64,000 nucleotides of DNA from an uncultured Acidobacteriaceae bacterium (GCA_963722405.1 CAVRMO010000004.1:12510-76509), one strand, 5' to 3'; shown: positions 37,744-47,711, numbered from the stretch's first letter. Numbers and translations: made by a program. Notes: generated by a model from the sequence alone, not told the origin.

Positions 37744-38199
37744 ATGAGCGTCAATCCATTCGACCCCAAGACAATACTGTTGGCTAAACACGCGCAGCAC
37801 GTGGTGCTGATCCACTTCCCTATTGCGCTGTTTCTCACTGCCGTGGCGTTCGACTTCACGGCACAATGGACGAGCAACCGCGCGTTGGCAGCCGCAGCAT
37901 ATTTCAATCTGCTTGTCGCCGCGATCTCGACAGTCCCGGTTGTTTTATCAGGCCTCGCGGCATGGCAGTGGGCGCTCGAAGGCCAGAGACTAAAAGGGAT
38001 CCTACTAATACACCTGACATTGGGGTGCGTGTCGGCTGTTCTGATCTGGCTGGTGCTCTGGATTCATCAAAGAGCGCGGCGGCTCCCGGACGGACCGTTG
38101 CCACGCTATCGCCTGCCCCTCGAAGCAATCGCGGTATTGATCGTGGGACTTACCGGCCATCTAGGCGGCTTTCTAAGCGGCGTAAATCTCCCCAGCTAG
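37744..38199 (+). CDS. DUF2231-like integral membrane protein
   Basis: HFPIALFLTAVAFDF plus four hydrophobic helices. The ORF is open from 37723; I chose ATG 37744. Confidence 0.7.
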   Translation: MSVNPFDPKTILLAKHAQHVVLIHFPIALFLTAVAFDFTAQWTSNRALAAAAYFNLLVAAISTVPVVLSGLAAWQWALEGQRLKGILLIHLTLGCVSAVLIWLVLWIHQRARRLPDGPLPRYRLPLEAIAVLIVGLTGHLGGFLSGVNLPS

Positions 38200-38294
38200 C
38201 CTCACCGTCATGGCGGATACCGGCGAAAAGCCGCTCCGGTTAGGAAGCGGCTTTCTCGCGCTCACATTCATAACCGACAACTATTTCTCTTCCA

Positions 38295-39017
38295 TCACGG
38301 CAGCTTTTCTTCCCCGTAAAGCACGGCGATATGCCGCGCTGTGGCTGCGACGGCCATGCACGTCATTCCGGCAATAGCCGCCGCCCCTCCGAGGTCGAAC
38401 AACAGAAAGCAATGGCCGGCGATATACGCATAAGGACTCACAAGGAGCACAGCATTCCCCAAAATTAGCAGAATGCGGATTTCCGTGGGGCCGAAGATGC
38501 CTTGCGAAAGATGGAAGTGTCCCATGGTGTAGGTCGTGAGGTAGCTCTCGATCGAGAGTATGTAGAAACATGCCAGCATGCCGGCCGCGATCTGCCAGTG
38601 CACGTAGCCGGAGCGCGCCAATCCCGCCATCAGGGCCAGCGCCCCAAAAGTGTCAGCCATGTGATCGACATAAAAACCATACCGCGGTCGTTGCTGGTGC
38701 CGGACTCGCGCCAGCGTGCCATCCAGGCTGTCACCCACCCAGTTGAGCGCCAGAAAGAAACTCGCCAGTACTAACGCAAGGGGGTGTCGCGAAGCCAGCG
38801 CGTAGCTTGCTCCGGCTAACAATTGCGCTACGAACCCTAACCCCGTCAGATGGTCGGAGTTGACGGCGGCCGGAGTGCGCTCAGCCAGCCAAACTAGCGC
38901 CCGCTTCTCGACATCGGCCGTCAGTGCTTTGTGCACTCGGAGTGGGATTACGAAACCGGTCTCTCGTCTGTCAGCAATCATCGCTTCTCTCATGTGGACC
39001 TCACATTCCTGGTTCAT
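38295..39017 (-). CDS. CDP-alcohol phosphatidyltransferase family protein
   Basis: DSLDGTLARVRHQQRPRYGFYVDHMAD fits the DG..AR...G...D...D signature. Multiple TM helices. Confidence 0.85.
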   Translation of the reverse strand: MNQECEVHMREAMIADRRETGFVIPLRVHKALTADVEKRALVWLAERTPAAVNSDHLTGLGFVAQLLAGASYALASRHPLALVLASFFLALNWVGDSLDGTLARVRHQQRPRYGFYVDHMADTFGALALMAGLARSGYVHWQIAAGMLACFYILSIESYLTTYTMGHFHLSQGIFGPTEIRILLILGNAVLLVSPYAYIAGHCFLLFDLGGAAAIAGMTCMAVAATARHIAVLYGEEKLP

Positions 39018-39838
39018 CGTCGTGCATCTTTCAGGGCGCTTGAGCCCAGAGCGTTACGAGTGGCAGTCAAAGTGAATTTCAGGGAATCGCGCGGCATTTC
39101 CTGGACCACCGGTGCGACCAGCCATCCCAAACCAGCCGGCACATCCCGCGTCAGCGAAATCGCCTCGCACTCAATGAACAGGCCATCAGCTACCTCGACG
39201 AAACTCCAGTAAGTGTTCAGCCGCCACAGGAAGCCGTCGTCGTCGCCTTCGGTCATGCGTCTCTCGTGCGCCGTCCCTGGGTTATCGATCTCCCAGACGT
39301 GCGTGCTCCGCGAGGTACTGTAGCCGGTGCCCCCGCCCGTCAGGCCAGCTTGCACCTCGTACTCCGCGTCAAGCACGATAGGAACCACCACTTGCTTCTT
39401 GAAACGCATGGCGACGGTCGCGACTCCAGCGCGTTGCGAGATGAGGTGCGCCGACTCGACCTCGGGCGCATAGTAGGTCGACAGCCGGTCGTAATCGCGC
39501 AATAGAGCTAACATGTCGCTGGCGCGAGCGCCAGAAACAAAGGCTGCGCCCCGCCAGTGGTGCAACAATCCCCCGTTCACCTGGCGACTGCCCAGGTTTA
39601 CAGCCTCCACTCGCAAAACGCCGGACCGCAGTTGGCGCTCGATCTCGGCTCGGTCAGTTCCCTCCCTATTGAGGGTGGCAAGGTAGGTATCGGGCTTGGC
39701 GTGCTGCTGCACGAGCCGCTTCTCCACCCACGAGGCGTACGTCTCGTAAGCCCGAAGGGCGGGGCCGCTGAGCCGAGCCGAAGAGCACGGCACCGTGAAG
39801 GCTAGAATCGCCGCCGCCGTTCGGAAAATCGCTCCCAT
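39014..39838 (-). CDS. Hypothetical exported protein, translationally coupled to the phosphatidyltransferase
   Basis: Signal-like N-terminus (MGAIFRTAAAILAFTVPCSSA). ATGA overlap with the downstream gene. No family recognised. Confidence 0.65.
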   Translation of the reverse strand: MGAIFRTAAAILAFTVPCSSARLSGPALRAYETYASWVEKRLVQQHAKPDTYLATLNREGTDRAEIERQLRSGVLRVEAVNLGSRQVNGGLLHHWRGAAFVSGARASDMLALLRDYDRLSTYYAPEVESAHLISQRAGVATVAMRFKKQVVVPIVLDAEYEVQAGLTGGGTGYSTSRSTHVWEIDNPGTAHERRMTEGDDDGFLWRLNTYWSFVEVADGLFIECEAISLTRDVPAGLGWLVAPVVQEMPRDSLKFTLTATRNALGSSALKDARR

Positions 39839-40078
39839 CGCGCACCTCGAAACGCAAGCATGCTCGTCGCTCTTGGCGGACGCAATACATCGTGACTCAA
39901 ACTTTTCTCATTTGCACATCATCGTGCAAGTAGCTGAAATACAAGTAGTTGCAGTCGAGAATCGCTCTCCCGCAGGCGCGAGCTTGGGCCAGCGACGCGA
40001 ATGAGGCGTCGCCTCCCAGATCGTGACGTCCCTCCTGTATCTGCGATTTACCCTCTCCAGCTAAACTGAATCTTGCCC

Positions 40079-40987
40079 ATGACCCAGAAAACGACAGCCC
40101 GGGTATTTCGCTTTGGCGTCTTCGAGCTCAACGAAGCCGCTGGTGAACTCCGCAAACACGGCATCCGCATCAAGCTTCACTCCCAGCCATTTCAAGTACT
40201 GCTGCTGCTGCTGGATCGCCCCGCGGAACTGGTGACTCGTGAGGAGATGCGGCAGAGGCTCTGGGGCGACGACACCATCGTGGACTTCGACCACGGACTG
40301 AATACGGCGGTCAACAAGCTGCGCGAAGCTCTCGGCGATGCTGCCACGCGGCCACGGCATGTCGAAACGGTCCCCGGCAGGGGCTATCGCTTTATCGCCC
40401 CAGTAACTGTGGCGGTTCCTGCTGCAACCACCTTGGTTGAGTCGGCGGCTGATTCCACAGGGAGTGCGGCAACTGCCATCGGTGTTGCGGCGACGGAAGA
40501 ACCGGCGGGAATATCCCCTCGCACGCTCCTTACGGCTCCGCACGATCTGCCCCGGGCTTCCCGCGCCCGTGTCCGGACCTTGTTATTGCTGACTCAAGCG
40601 ATGTACCTGGCGTTCTACTTGGGGGCATTAGCCAACATCCCCGAGATCGAAGAGATTTTCAGCGATGCGCGCCTGCTTTCGCCCGGGATACTCACCGCGC
40701 TGCTGGTGACGACCTCCGTGATACTCATCCCAGTCCGGCTCTACCTGCTCACGGCGGTGGCATTCGATTTTCAGCAACTTCCTGCAAAGTTTCGGCGGAT
40801 ATTTCCGGTACTGCTTTGGCTCGATCTGCTGTGGGCTCTCTCACCGTTCCTTCTAATTCATCACATCAGTGTCGGCCTTGCGCTTGGCATGACCGCCGCG
40901 CTCGTGTACATGCCCTTCGCACAGCGCTCGCTAGTCTTGATGTATGCGCGCGACCGCCAAGATCAATCCACGTCAGATCCTGTTTAG
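40079..40987 (+). CDS. Membrane-anchored winged-helix regulator (CadC-like), second copy of this architecture in the window
   Basis: FRFGVFELNEAAGELRKHGIRIKLHSQPFQVLLLLLDRPAELVTREEMRQRLWG..VETVPGRGYRF, followed by several TM helices. The ORF is open from TTG 40073. Confidence 0.8.
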   Translation: MTQKTTARVFRFGVFELNEAAGELRKHGIRIKLHSQPFQVLLLLLDRPAELVTREEMRQRLWGDDTIVDFDHGLNTAVNKLREALGDAATRPRHVETVPGRGYRFIAPVTVAVPAATTLVESAADSTGSAATAIGVAATEEPAGISPRTLLTAPHDLPRASRARVRTLLLLTQAMYLAFYLGALANIPEIEEIFSDARLLSPGILTALLVTTSVILIPVRLYLLTAVAFDFQQLPAKFRRIFPVLLWLDLLWALSPFLLIHHISVGLALGMTAALVYMPFAQRSLVLMYARDRQDQSTSDPV

Positions 40988-41018
40988 GTTTGGGTTCTCA
41001 CGTTCGTGCCAAAAAGTC

Positions 41019-41044
41019 GAGCCGGAGGTTTCGGCCTCCGGCTC
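41019..41044. terminator. Perfect 10-bp GC hairpin between convergent genes
   Basis: GAGCCGGAGG-tttcgg-CCTCCGGCTC, with an A-run on the plus strand just upstream (a U tract for minus-strand transcripts). Confidence 0.55.
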
Positions 41045-41122
41045 AGGGCGAGCAACTCAGGAGAGTTGTGATGGAGTGAACTCTCGCATCGGTATCCGCG
41101 AGGGTCCTAAGTTCAAGATCGT

Positions 41123-41434
41123 TCAGACTGTGCGTTTCCCCCTGCGCCAGCCGTAGCCGATCAAGCTTGCGAGTCCCCTGCCCAGCAGGGTGAGAGTGCC
41201 GACTCGGGAGTAGTAGCGATGCTGCCAAAAGTCTTCAGTCTTCGATCTGCTCGGGACCGGGAATACCAGCGGTGAAATACAGAACGTTCTGGCTGCACCG
41301 CCATTTCCGATCGTGATGTCCTAAAGGCCCTGCTTGGTGATTTGGTTACCCTTCGGGTCATCGAGCGCTCCGGTCATGGGATCGAACCCATTGATAGCCA
41401 CATCGTCGAAGTTTCCAATCAACTGCCTGGTCAC
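41123..41434 (-). pseudogene. Decayed C-terminal fragment of a TIGR03118-like paralog carrying a PEP-CTERM-type tail
   Basis: Pieces in three frames can be joined. They are QLIGNFDDVAINGFDPMTGALDDPKGNQITKQGL*, QNVLYFTAGIPGPEQIED*, FGSIATTPE, and GTLTLLGRGLASLIGYGWRRGKRTV*. They parallel LLVGNFGSGAIVGFDL..LYFTAGSFGESHGIFGS of the intact neighbour. Confidence 0.55.
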
Positions 41435-41465
41435 CGCGAAGACGGTAAGTTCCTTTTGGCGATCT

Positions 41466-42620
41466 CTATCGTTTCCCGTTTAGTTGTTGGGTCTGTACAT
41501 GGTCAGTGCTGGGAACAGTGACGGAGCCGAAGATTCCGTGACTCTCACCGAATGAACCCGCAGTGAAGTACAGAGAGTTGACCGGGCCGGCCTTCGCTCC
41601 ATTGCCGAATCCCAATCCCCACAGTCCTCCAATTCGCAGCGGAAGTCCGGACGTGTCCAGCATCTCTCCCTGGAATGCCCCGTTATGGGCAAGGTCGAAA
41701 CCTACGATGGCTCCGCTACCGAAGTTTCCGACCAGGAGTTTGCCGCTGAGGGTGCCAAAGCCCGTCGAGGGCGCAAGCGCGACCGCCCAAGGAGAATTCA
41801 ACGCGAAGAGATGCGGCAGTCGCATGAGGAGGTTGCCCTGGCTGTCATACTCGTCAACGTAGCCGTGACCCGGGCCGGAGACGTCATCGTGTTTTGCGTC
41901 ATCCTGAAGGGCATAGGTGACGAAGACGTTGCCGTTAATATTCGCAACGTTGAAGGGGGCGTATCCCACGGGAATCGTGTTATCGACGAATGCGTTCGAG
42001 CCAAACGAATGGGGATTGTAGCTGGCATCGAAGACATCGACCGTAGCCGCGCGGAAGTTTGCCGCATAAAGATAATTGGCGCCGCCGGCAGAGGCGAGAG
42101 CCAAACCCTTATAAACGGCTACCGGCCAGTTGTTGACCTTGATCACTGCGTTGGTGGGGTCAACTCCCGGGTTCCAGCCGGAAATCGTACCATCTTCTGT
42201 GGCGAAGATGAATATCGCCTGTTTACCGGTCACAAGCTGGAAATCCGTGGTCGAGTTAAACACGATCCCGTCCGGAACTCCACCGGTGGGGCCATTCCAC
42301 GCCGGGATGGTCACGACCAATCCCTGCGTGACTCCTGCGCCGTCGTAGAGGGTGGAGAGTCCGGAGTTGTTGTCGGAAACCCACCATGGGCTGCCGCTGC
42401 TCGCAACTAATCCCCAGGGATTCACCAGATTGGGGTCTAAGTTGGTGGCGGCAGAAGTAATGTCGGAATTCAAATTTGTGACCGTGTACCGTGTGCCGTT
42501 CGAGGGGAACTGAGCGGTTGCCGGAAGGCAGAGCGTTGCGATCGCAACCAGGGATAGCGCTGCTTTCAGGACAACGCTTGCAGCGTTCTGCATACCTAAG
42601 ATCCTTCTTGAGATGGACAT
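41466..42620 (-). CDS. TIGR03118-like secreted beta-propeller protein
   Basis: YTVTNLNSDITSAATNLDPNLVNPWGLVASSGSPWWVSDNNSGLSTLYD resembles the TIGR03118 N-terminal signature as I recall it. Signal peptide present. SD AGGAG precedes ATG 42620. Confidence 0.75.
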   Translation of the reverse strand: MSISRRILGMQNAASVVLKAALSLVAIATLCLPATAQFPSNGTRYTVTNLNSDITSAATNLDPNLVNPWGLVASSGSPWWVSDNNSGLSTLYDGAGVTQGLVVTIPAWNGPTGGVPDGIVFNSTTDFQLVTGKQAIFIFATEDGTISGWNPGVDPTNAVIKVNNWPVAVYKGLALASAGGANYLYAANFRAATVDVFDASYNPHSFGSNAFVDNTIPVGYAPFNVANINGNVFVTYALQDDAKHDDVSGPGHGYVDEYDSQGNLLMRLPHLFALNSPWAVALAPSTGFGTLSGKLLVGNFGSGAIVGFDLAHNGAFQGEMLDTSGLPLRIGGLWGLGFGNGAKAGPVNSLYFTAGSFGESHGIFGSVTVPSTDHVQTQQLNGKR

Positions 42621-42895
42621 CGTGTGCTCCTTCTGTTTCACAATTTTGTGGTCGTTGATTCGCAATCAGCGAGGTGGCGTGCGTAGCTGCCACCGCAGGA
42701 CCGAATCTACTGGCAACGCAAAACCGAATTGTCGTGGCAACGTCAAGAAGTTGTGAATTCATGTTGACAATTGCGCGTGCCAAACACCGGTTCAACCGGT
42801 TTGTCTCAAAATTGTGAACACATCGTTGACTGCTGACATCAACTGGTATAGCTGTTGAATCACATAGCCCTCTTGTACGTGGGGTAGAGGAGACA

Positions 42896-43576
42896 ATGGA
42901 CAAGGTTCTTGCAATCGAAGACGATCCTGCCGTGCAGCGTGCGTTGCGCCGGACCTTTGAAACTGCCGGTTTCGACATAACCATTGCAACCGACGGTACT
43001 TCCGCTATGGACGTGTTCCGCGCCACCACGCCACGCGTCGTAATACTCGACCTGCGACTGCCGGGTCGCTCGGGACAGGACATTTGTCGTGAGATCAAGC
43101 GCCTGGCGGCGAGCGTACCGATCCTCGTCCTGAGCGCGGCCAGCGACGTCGTTGACAAGGTGCTGCTGTTGGAGCTGGGCGCCGACGACTACGTGACCAA
43201 GCCCTTTAGCCCACGCGAACTGCTCGCGAGGGTGCGTGCTGCCATTCGCCGGCTGAATCACAATCCCGACAAGAACGAGACCTTCAACTTCGATGATGTG
43301 AACGTGAATTTCTCCAAGATGGAATTGTGGAAGTCTGGCAGGCTGGTGCCTCTCACTCCTCAGGAATTCAAGATGCTCCGTTTCTTCCTGAACAACGAAG
43401 AACGGGTGGTTTCGCGCGCTGAACTGCTGAATGAAGTGTGGGGGTATAACAGCTATCCTACGACCCGCACTGTGGACACGCACATGCTGCGCTTGCGGCA
43501 AAAGCTGGAGAAAGACCCCGGCGACCCTGTCCATTTCCGCACTGTGCACGGCACGGGTTACAAATTTGTGCGTTAA
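42896..43576 (+). CDS. OmpR-family response regulator
   Basis: REC (VLAIEDDPAVQRAL..VVILDLRLPGRSG..KPF) plus a winged helix (LTPQEFKMLRFFLNNEERVVSRAELL..FRTVHGTGYKF). Confidence 0.9.
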   Translation: MDKVLAIEDDPAVQRALRRTFETAGFDITIATDGTSAMDVFRATTPRVVILDLRLPGRSGQDICREIKRLAASVPILVLSAASDVVDKVLLLELGADDYVTKPFSPRELLARVRAAIRRLNHNPDKNETFNFDDVNVNFSKMELWKSGRLVPLTPQEFKMLRFFLNNEERVVSRAELLNEVWGYNSYPTTRTVDTHMLRLRQKLEKDPGDPVHFRTVHGTGYKFVR

Positions 43577-43636
43577 TACACCCATCACGCGTCGAGGAGA
43601 GCCTCCATCCGGCTTCGAACCAAATTCCTGATCGCG

Positions 43637-45388
43637 ATGCTCCTCACCTCCGCGGGCTTGACCGCGGTGTCGCTGTTGATCGTACAGCGCAGCGTGGAAA
43701 ACCAGGTTCGCAGCAACTTGCGCGTTGATCTTGCTAATTCGGTGGAGACATTTCGCAACTTTCAGCGCGAGCGCGAGAATTCCCTCGCCCGGTCTGCCGC
43801 GCTGATAGCCGATCTGCCGGTGCTCAAGGCCCTGATGACCTCGCGCCACGCTCCCACCATCCAAGACGCCTCAACTGAGCTGTTCCGACTCTCCGGCGGT
43901 GACCTTTTGGCGCTGGTTGACCCGTCCAATCAAATCGTGGGATTTCATACCCGCACGCCCGGCATCACGCTCGAGCAGGCGCAAGCTTTGCGCAACCAAA
44001 CAACCATTCCCAGCAATTCCCCGCAGTGGTGGTTCGCCGGCGGACATCTCTACGAAGTCTTTCTAGTGCCTATATACTTTGGGCCCAAAGCCAGCAACTC
44101 AGTGCTCGGGACTGTCGCACTGGGATACGAAATCAACGCCACCGTGGCTCAGGAGCTCGCTCGCGTGGCCGCTGGCCAAGTCGCGGTGGTGTACGCAGGC
44201 CGGGAAGTAGTCAGCACTCTCGGTTCCGCGGATGTCGACCAGCTGCAACGCGGGATAACCGCGCACGATTCTTCCACCTTGCCCATGGACGTGAAGTTGG
44301 GCAACGAGACCTTCGTGGTGACCTCGCTCGCGCTTAATGAAGGCGAGCCTCCCGTCACCATGTTCGTAATGAAGTCCTACGATCAGGCGGCGCAGTTTCT
44401 CAGCCACTTGAGCCAACTCTTGCTCGCCGTCGGTCTGGGCGCGGTGCTCCTCGGCACGCTGCTCGTTTACATCATCGCCCGCAACTTTACCCGGCCCCTG
44501 GAACGTCTGGTCGACGGCGTGCGTGCTCTTGGCAAAGGAGACTACGCTTTTCCCCTGGACATCAGGAAAGATGGAGAGGTCGGCGAGGTGACCCATGCTT
44601 TCGTCGGAATGCGCGAGAGTCTGCAGCATGCGCAGCAGCGACTGCTGCATTCCGAGCGCCTGGCGACCATTGGCACCATGGCCAGCTCTATCTCGCACGA
44701 CTTGCGGCATCCTCTCACTGCGGTGCTGGCCAACGCAGAGTTTCTAGCCGAACCCGATCTCTCACCTCGCCAACGCGAGGAGTTGTACCTCGAAATTCGC
44801 GTCGCGGTGCATCGCCTTACCGACCTCATCGATTCTCTGCTTGAGTTGTCCCGTCCGGCCGAATCTCTGAACCTCACCGAAACCGTCGTTGAACACTCGA
44901 TAAGTCGCGCTATCGAATTGATCCACTCCCATCCCGAGTTCCAGAAGGTCACACTTGGTATTGTCTCCACTGGAGTGCATTTCGCTATGTGCGATCCCCG
45001 CAAGATGGAGCGTGTGTTATATAACCTGCTGCTGAACTCTTGCCAGTCGGTGCAGGCGACGGGCGGACATGTCTCCGTGACCGTCGAGAATCATGACAGC
45101 CAGCTGGAAATTCGCGTCGTGGACGACGGTCCCGGGTTCGAAACCTCGATCCGCGACCGTGTGTTTCATCCCTTCGTAAGTCACGGCAAGGAAAATGGCA
45201 CGGGACTGGGCCTGACCATTGCGCAAAAGATCGTGCAGGACCACTCCGGCCAGTTGCAGGTGGAACAATCGGCGCCGGGCTGTACCGTGATGCGCATCAC
45301 CCTGCCGCGTACAATGTCGATCGCCACCACCGCGACGCGCTCCGGCTACGATGACATCGAAGGTCGCCGGGATAACCACGCCCCCTAG
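43637..45388 (+). CDS. Sensor histidine kinase (periplasmic sensor - HAMP - HisKA - HATPase_c); true start may lie upstream at a non-ATG codon
   Basis: H-box SISHDLRHPLTAV. ATPase boxes NLLLNSCQS, DDGPGF and GTGLGLTIAQKI. The frame is open from 43577, with SD GAGGAG at 43594. Confidence 0.85.
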   Translation: MLLTSAGLTAVSLLIVQRSVENQVRSNLRVDLANSVETFRNFQRERENSLARSAALIADLPVLKALMTSRHAPTIQDASTELFRLSGGDLLALVDPSNQIVGFHTRTPGITLEQAQALRNQTTIPSNSPQWWFAGGHLYEVFLVPIYFGPKASNSVLGTVALGYEINATVAQELARVAAGQVAVVYAGREVVSTLGSADVDQLQRGITAHDSSTLPMDVKLGNETFVVTSLALNEGEPPVTMFVMKSYDQAAQFLSHLSQLLLAVGLGAVLLGTLLVYIIARNFTRPLERLVDGVRALGKGDYAFPLDIRKDGEVGEVTHAFVGMRESLQHAQQRLLHSERLATIGTMASSISHDLRHPLTAVLANAEFLAEPDLSPRQREELYLEIRVAVHRLTDLIDSLLELSRPAESLNLTETVVEHSISRAIELIHSHPEFQKVTLGIVSTGVHFAMCDPRKMERVLYNLLLNSCQSVQATGGHVSVTVENHDSQLEIRVVDDGPGFETSIRDRVFHPFVSHGKENGTGLGLTIAQKIVQDHSGQLQVEQSAPGCTVMRITLPRTMSIATTATRSGYDDIEGRRDNHAP

Positions 45389-45462
45389 GGACAAGAGGAA
45401 GAATGCCGTAGGAACGGCAGAAGTTCACACGGCCAACAACTTCGATTGCACAGAGGTGCCAC

Positions 45463-46980
45463 ATGAAACTCTGTCAGAGATTGCGATTCCCGGGCATGGC
45501 GCTCGTCAACATTTTGGCGCTATGGCTCGCCACTAGTGCTGCGGCCCAGGCTCCCCAACCCGCGCCCAATGACGCCAATGTCGCCGCGTCGTTGACCGAG
45601 TTGCAATCCCAGGTCCGTGAGCTCAAGGACATGGTGCTACAACTCAAGCAGGAAACCACGGCCAGCCATGCTGAGATCACCCGCCTGCGCCAGGAGTTGG
45701 AGTCGGAGCGTGCGGCTGCTCCCCCCACAACGGGTACGGGTCCGATCGACGAGCGCGTCGGCCAACTGGAAGAAAACCAGCAGTTGCTCTCCGGGAAGGT
45801 CGACGATCAGTACCAGACCAAGGTTGAGAGCGCATCGAAGTATCGCGTGCGTTTGTCGGGCATCGTTCTGTTCAACCTCTTCAGCAATCAGGGCAACGTC
45901 GACAACATTGACGTGCCGACGCTCGCCTATCAAGGCAGTGGTCTTCAGACCTCTGGCTCGTTTGGCGGTACCCTCCGGCAATCGATTTTTGGGTTCGAAG
46001 TATTTGGGCCTGATCTGATGGGTGCGAAAACCAGCGGCAATGTGAACTTCGATGTCGGTGGCGGCTTCCCTGCCATTTCCAACGGAGTGAACTCGGGCTT
46101 GGTGCGGCTGCGCACTGGTACGATGCGCCTCGCCTGGAAGGATACCGATCTCGTCGTAGGGCAAGATGCGCTCTTCTTCGCGCCCAACTCGCCGACCTCA
46201 TTCGCATCGTTGATCACGCCTGCGCTGTCATACTCCGGCGACTTGTGGGCGTGGACGCCGCAAATGCGCGTCGAGCATCGCATCGCCGCATCGAACAACT
46301 CCACCGTCACGCTGCAGGGAGGAATCCTCGACAATCTCACTGGCGAGCCTCCCTACTATGCCTACACTTGGTATCGCACGCCCCAGGCTGGCGAGCGTTC
46401 CCGTCAGCCGGCTTATGCGGGACGGATCGCCTACTCTCATCCGGTGTTCGGCCACACCTTCACTTTCGGCGCTGCCGGCTACTACAGTCGCGAAGATTAT
46501 GGATACGGACGCAACGTCAACGGTTACGCCGCGATGCTCGATTGGACCCTTCCTCTCAATCGTTGGTTCACTTTGAGTGGATCGTTCTACCGCGGTCAGG
46601 CCATTGGCGGCATCGGCGGCGGCATCGGACGCAGTGTGCTCTCCAGCGGACCGTTACTCGATCCCGCCACCAGCGTCATCCCGCTCAACACCGTGGGAGG
46701 CTGGGCGCAACTGAAATACCGTCCTACCGCCAAGCTCGAATTCAATGCGGCCTTTGGCCAGGACAACCCGTTCGCCGCCGATGTGCGTTACTTCTCTGAC
46801 GCCGTCAGCTATGGCGACCCCACGCTCACTCGCAACCAGGGAATGTTCGCCAACGCAATTTACCGTCCGCGTTCCGACTTGCTCTTCTCGCTGGAGTACC
46901 GCCGCCTTAAGACTTTCTCCATCTACGACTACAACTCCACCGCCGGGCAAGTAAACCTGGGAATGGGGGTCTTGTTCTGA
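45463..46980 (+). CDS. Outer-membrane beta-barrel (porin-like) protein with N-terminal coiled coil
   Basis: Signal peptide, a heptad-like segment (LTELQSQVRELKDMVLQLKQE), alternating beta-strand pattern, and a C-terminal ..GMGVLF ending in Phe. Confidence 0.7.
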   Translation: MKLCQRLRFPGMALVNILALWLATSAAAQAPQPAPNDANVAASLTELQSQVRELKDMVLQLKQETTASHAEITRLRQELESERAAAPPTTGTGPIDERVGQLEENQQLLSGKVDDQYQTKVESASKYRVRLSGIVLFNLFSNQGNVDNIDVPTLAYQGSGLQTSGSFGGTLRQSIFGFEVFGPDLMGAKTSGNVNFDVGGGFPAISNGVNSGLVRLRTGTMRLAWKDTDLVVGQDALFFAPNSPTSFASLITPALSYSGDLWAWTPQMRVEHRIAASNNSTVTLQGGILDNLTGEPPYYAYTWYRTPQAGERSRQPAYAGRIAYSHPVFGHTFTFGAAGYYSREDYGYGRNVNGYAAMLDWTLPLNRWFTLSGSFYRGQAIGGIGGGIGRSVLSSGPLLDPATSVIPLNTVGGWAQLKYRPTAKLEFNAAFGQDNPFAADVRYFSDAVSYGDPTLTRNQGMFANAIYRPRSDLLFSLEYRRLKTFSIYDYNSTAGQVNLGMGVLF

Positions 46981-47012
46981 GGAGCAGCCTGACGCAACGA
47001 GATAGATTCGCG

Positions 47013-47711
47013 GTGGCCCTAATCGTCGTTATCCTGGCGCTGGCCATGCGTTCGCCTGCGCAGGGCGTGAACGTTACTGGCCGCGTGATCTACTTCGGAT
47101 CGACGAATCCCCCGGGCACCATCTCCGCCGTGGTGTGGCTGGTTCCCATCCCCTCTCCGGCCAATGATCCGCCTGCCGTGAAGCTGGTGGACGCCGTGCT
47201 GCGCCAGAAGAACAAGGCCTTCGAGCCTCATCTCCTGGTCGTGACTAAGGGCTCGACCGTACAGTTCCCGAACCAAGATCCCTGGTTTCACAATGTGTTC
47301 TCGCTCTTCAACGGCAAGAAGTTCGATCTCGGACTCTACGAGGCCGGCACTACCCGCACCGTCCATTTCGATCGCGAGGGCGTATCTTACATTTTCTGCA
47401 ACATCCATCCTGAGATGAGCGCGGTGGTGGTTGTGGTTTCCAGTCCTTATTATGGTGCGTCCACAAAAAGCGGCGAGTTCTCGATCGCTGGCGTGCCTCC
47501 GGGCCGTTACACTCTTCACGTCTGGGCAGAAAATTCCTTGCCCGAAAATCTCGATGCGTTGTCACGGGAGGTGGAGCTCAACGGTACCATACACTCGGTT
47601 GGTACCTTGCGGGTGCGCGAAGCCGAAGCTGCCAAGACACAGCACAAAAATAAGTATGGCCAGGACTACGAACCGCCCTCGCCCAGCAATCCTGTGTACA
47701 CCCAACCGTAG
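47013..47711 (+). CDS. Exported protein with a cupredoxin-like segment and a carboxypeptidase-regulatory-like beta-sandwich
   Basis: VQFPNQDPWFHNVFS..YIFCNIHPEMSAVVVV (Cys-x2-His-x2-Met) followed by GEFSIAGVPPGRYTLHVW. GTG start; an upstream CTG with SD GAGGAG is also possible. Confidence 0.7.
   Translation: MALIVVILALAMRSPAQGVNVTGRVIYFGSTNPPGTISAVVWLVPIPSPANDPPAVKLVDAVLRQKNKAFEPHLLVVTKGSTVQFPNQDPWFHNVFSLFNGKKFDLGLYEAGTTRTVHFDREGVSYIFCNIHPEMSAVVVVVSSPYYGASTKSGEFSIAGVPPGRYTLHVWAENSLPENLDALSREVELNGTIHSVGTLRVREAEAAKTQHKNKYGQDYEPPSPSNPVYTQP

Noticed and set aside
42256-43864. Minus-strand ORFs of 300 and 334 aa.
   Set aside because: They overlap the intergenic promoter region and the OmpR-type regulator/kinase genes on the other strand. 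They are R/H-rich and have no recognisable motifs.
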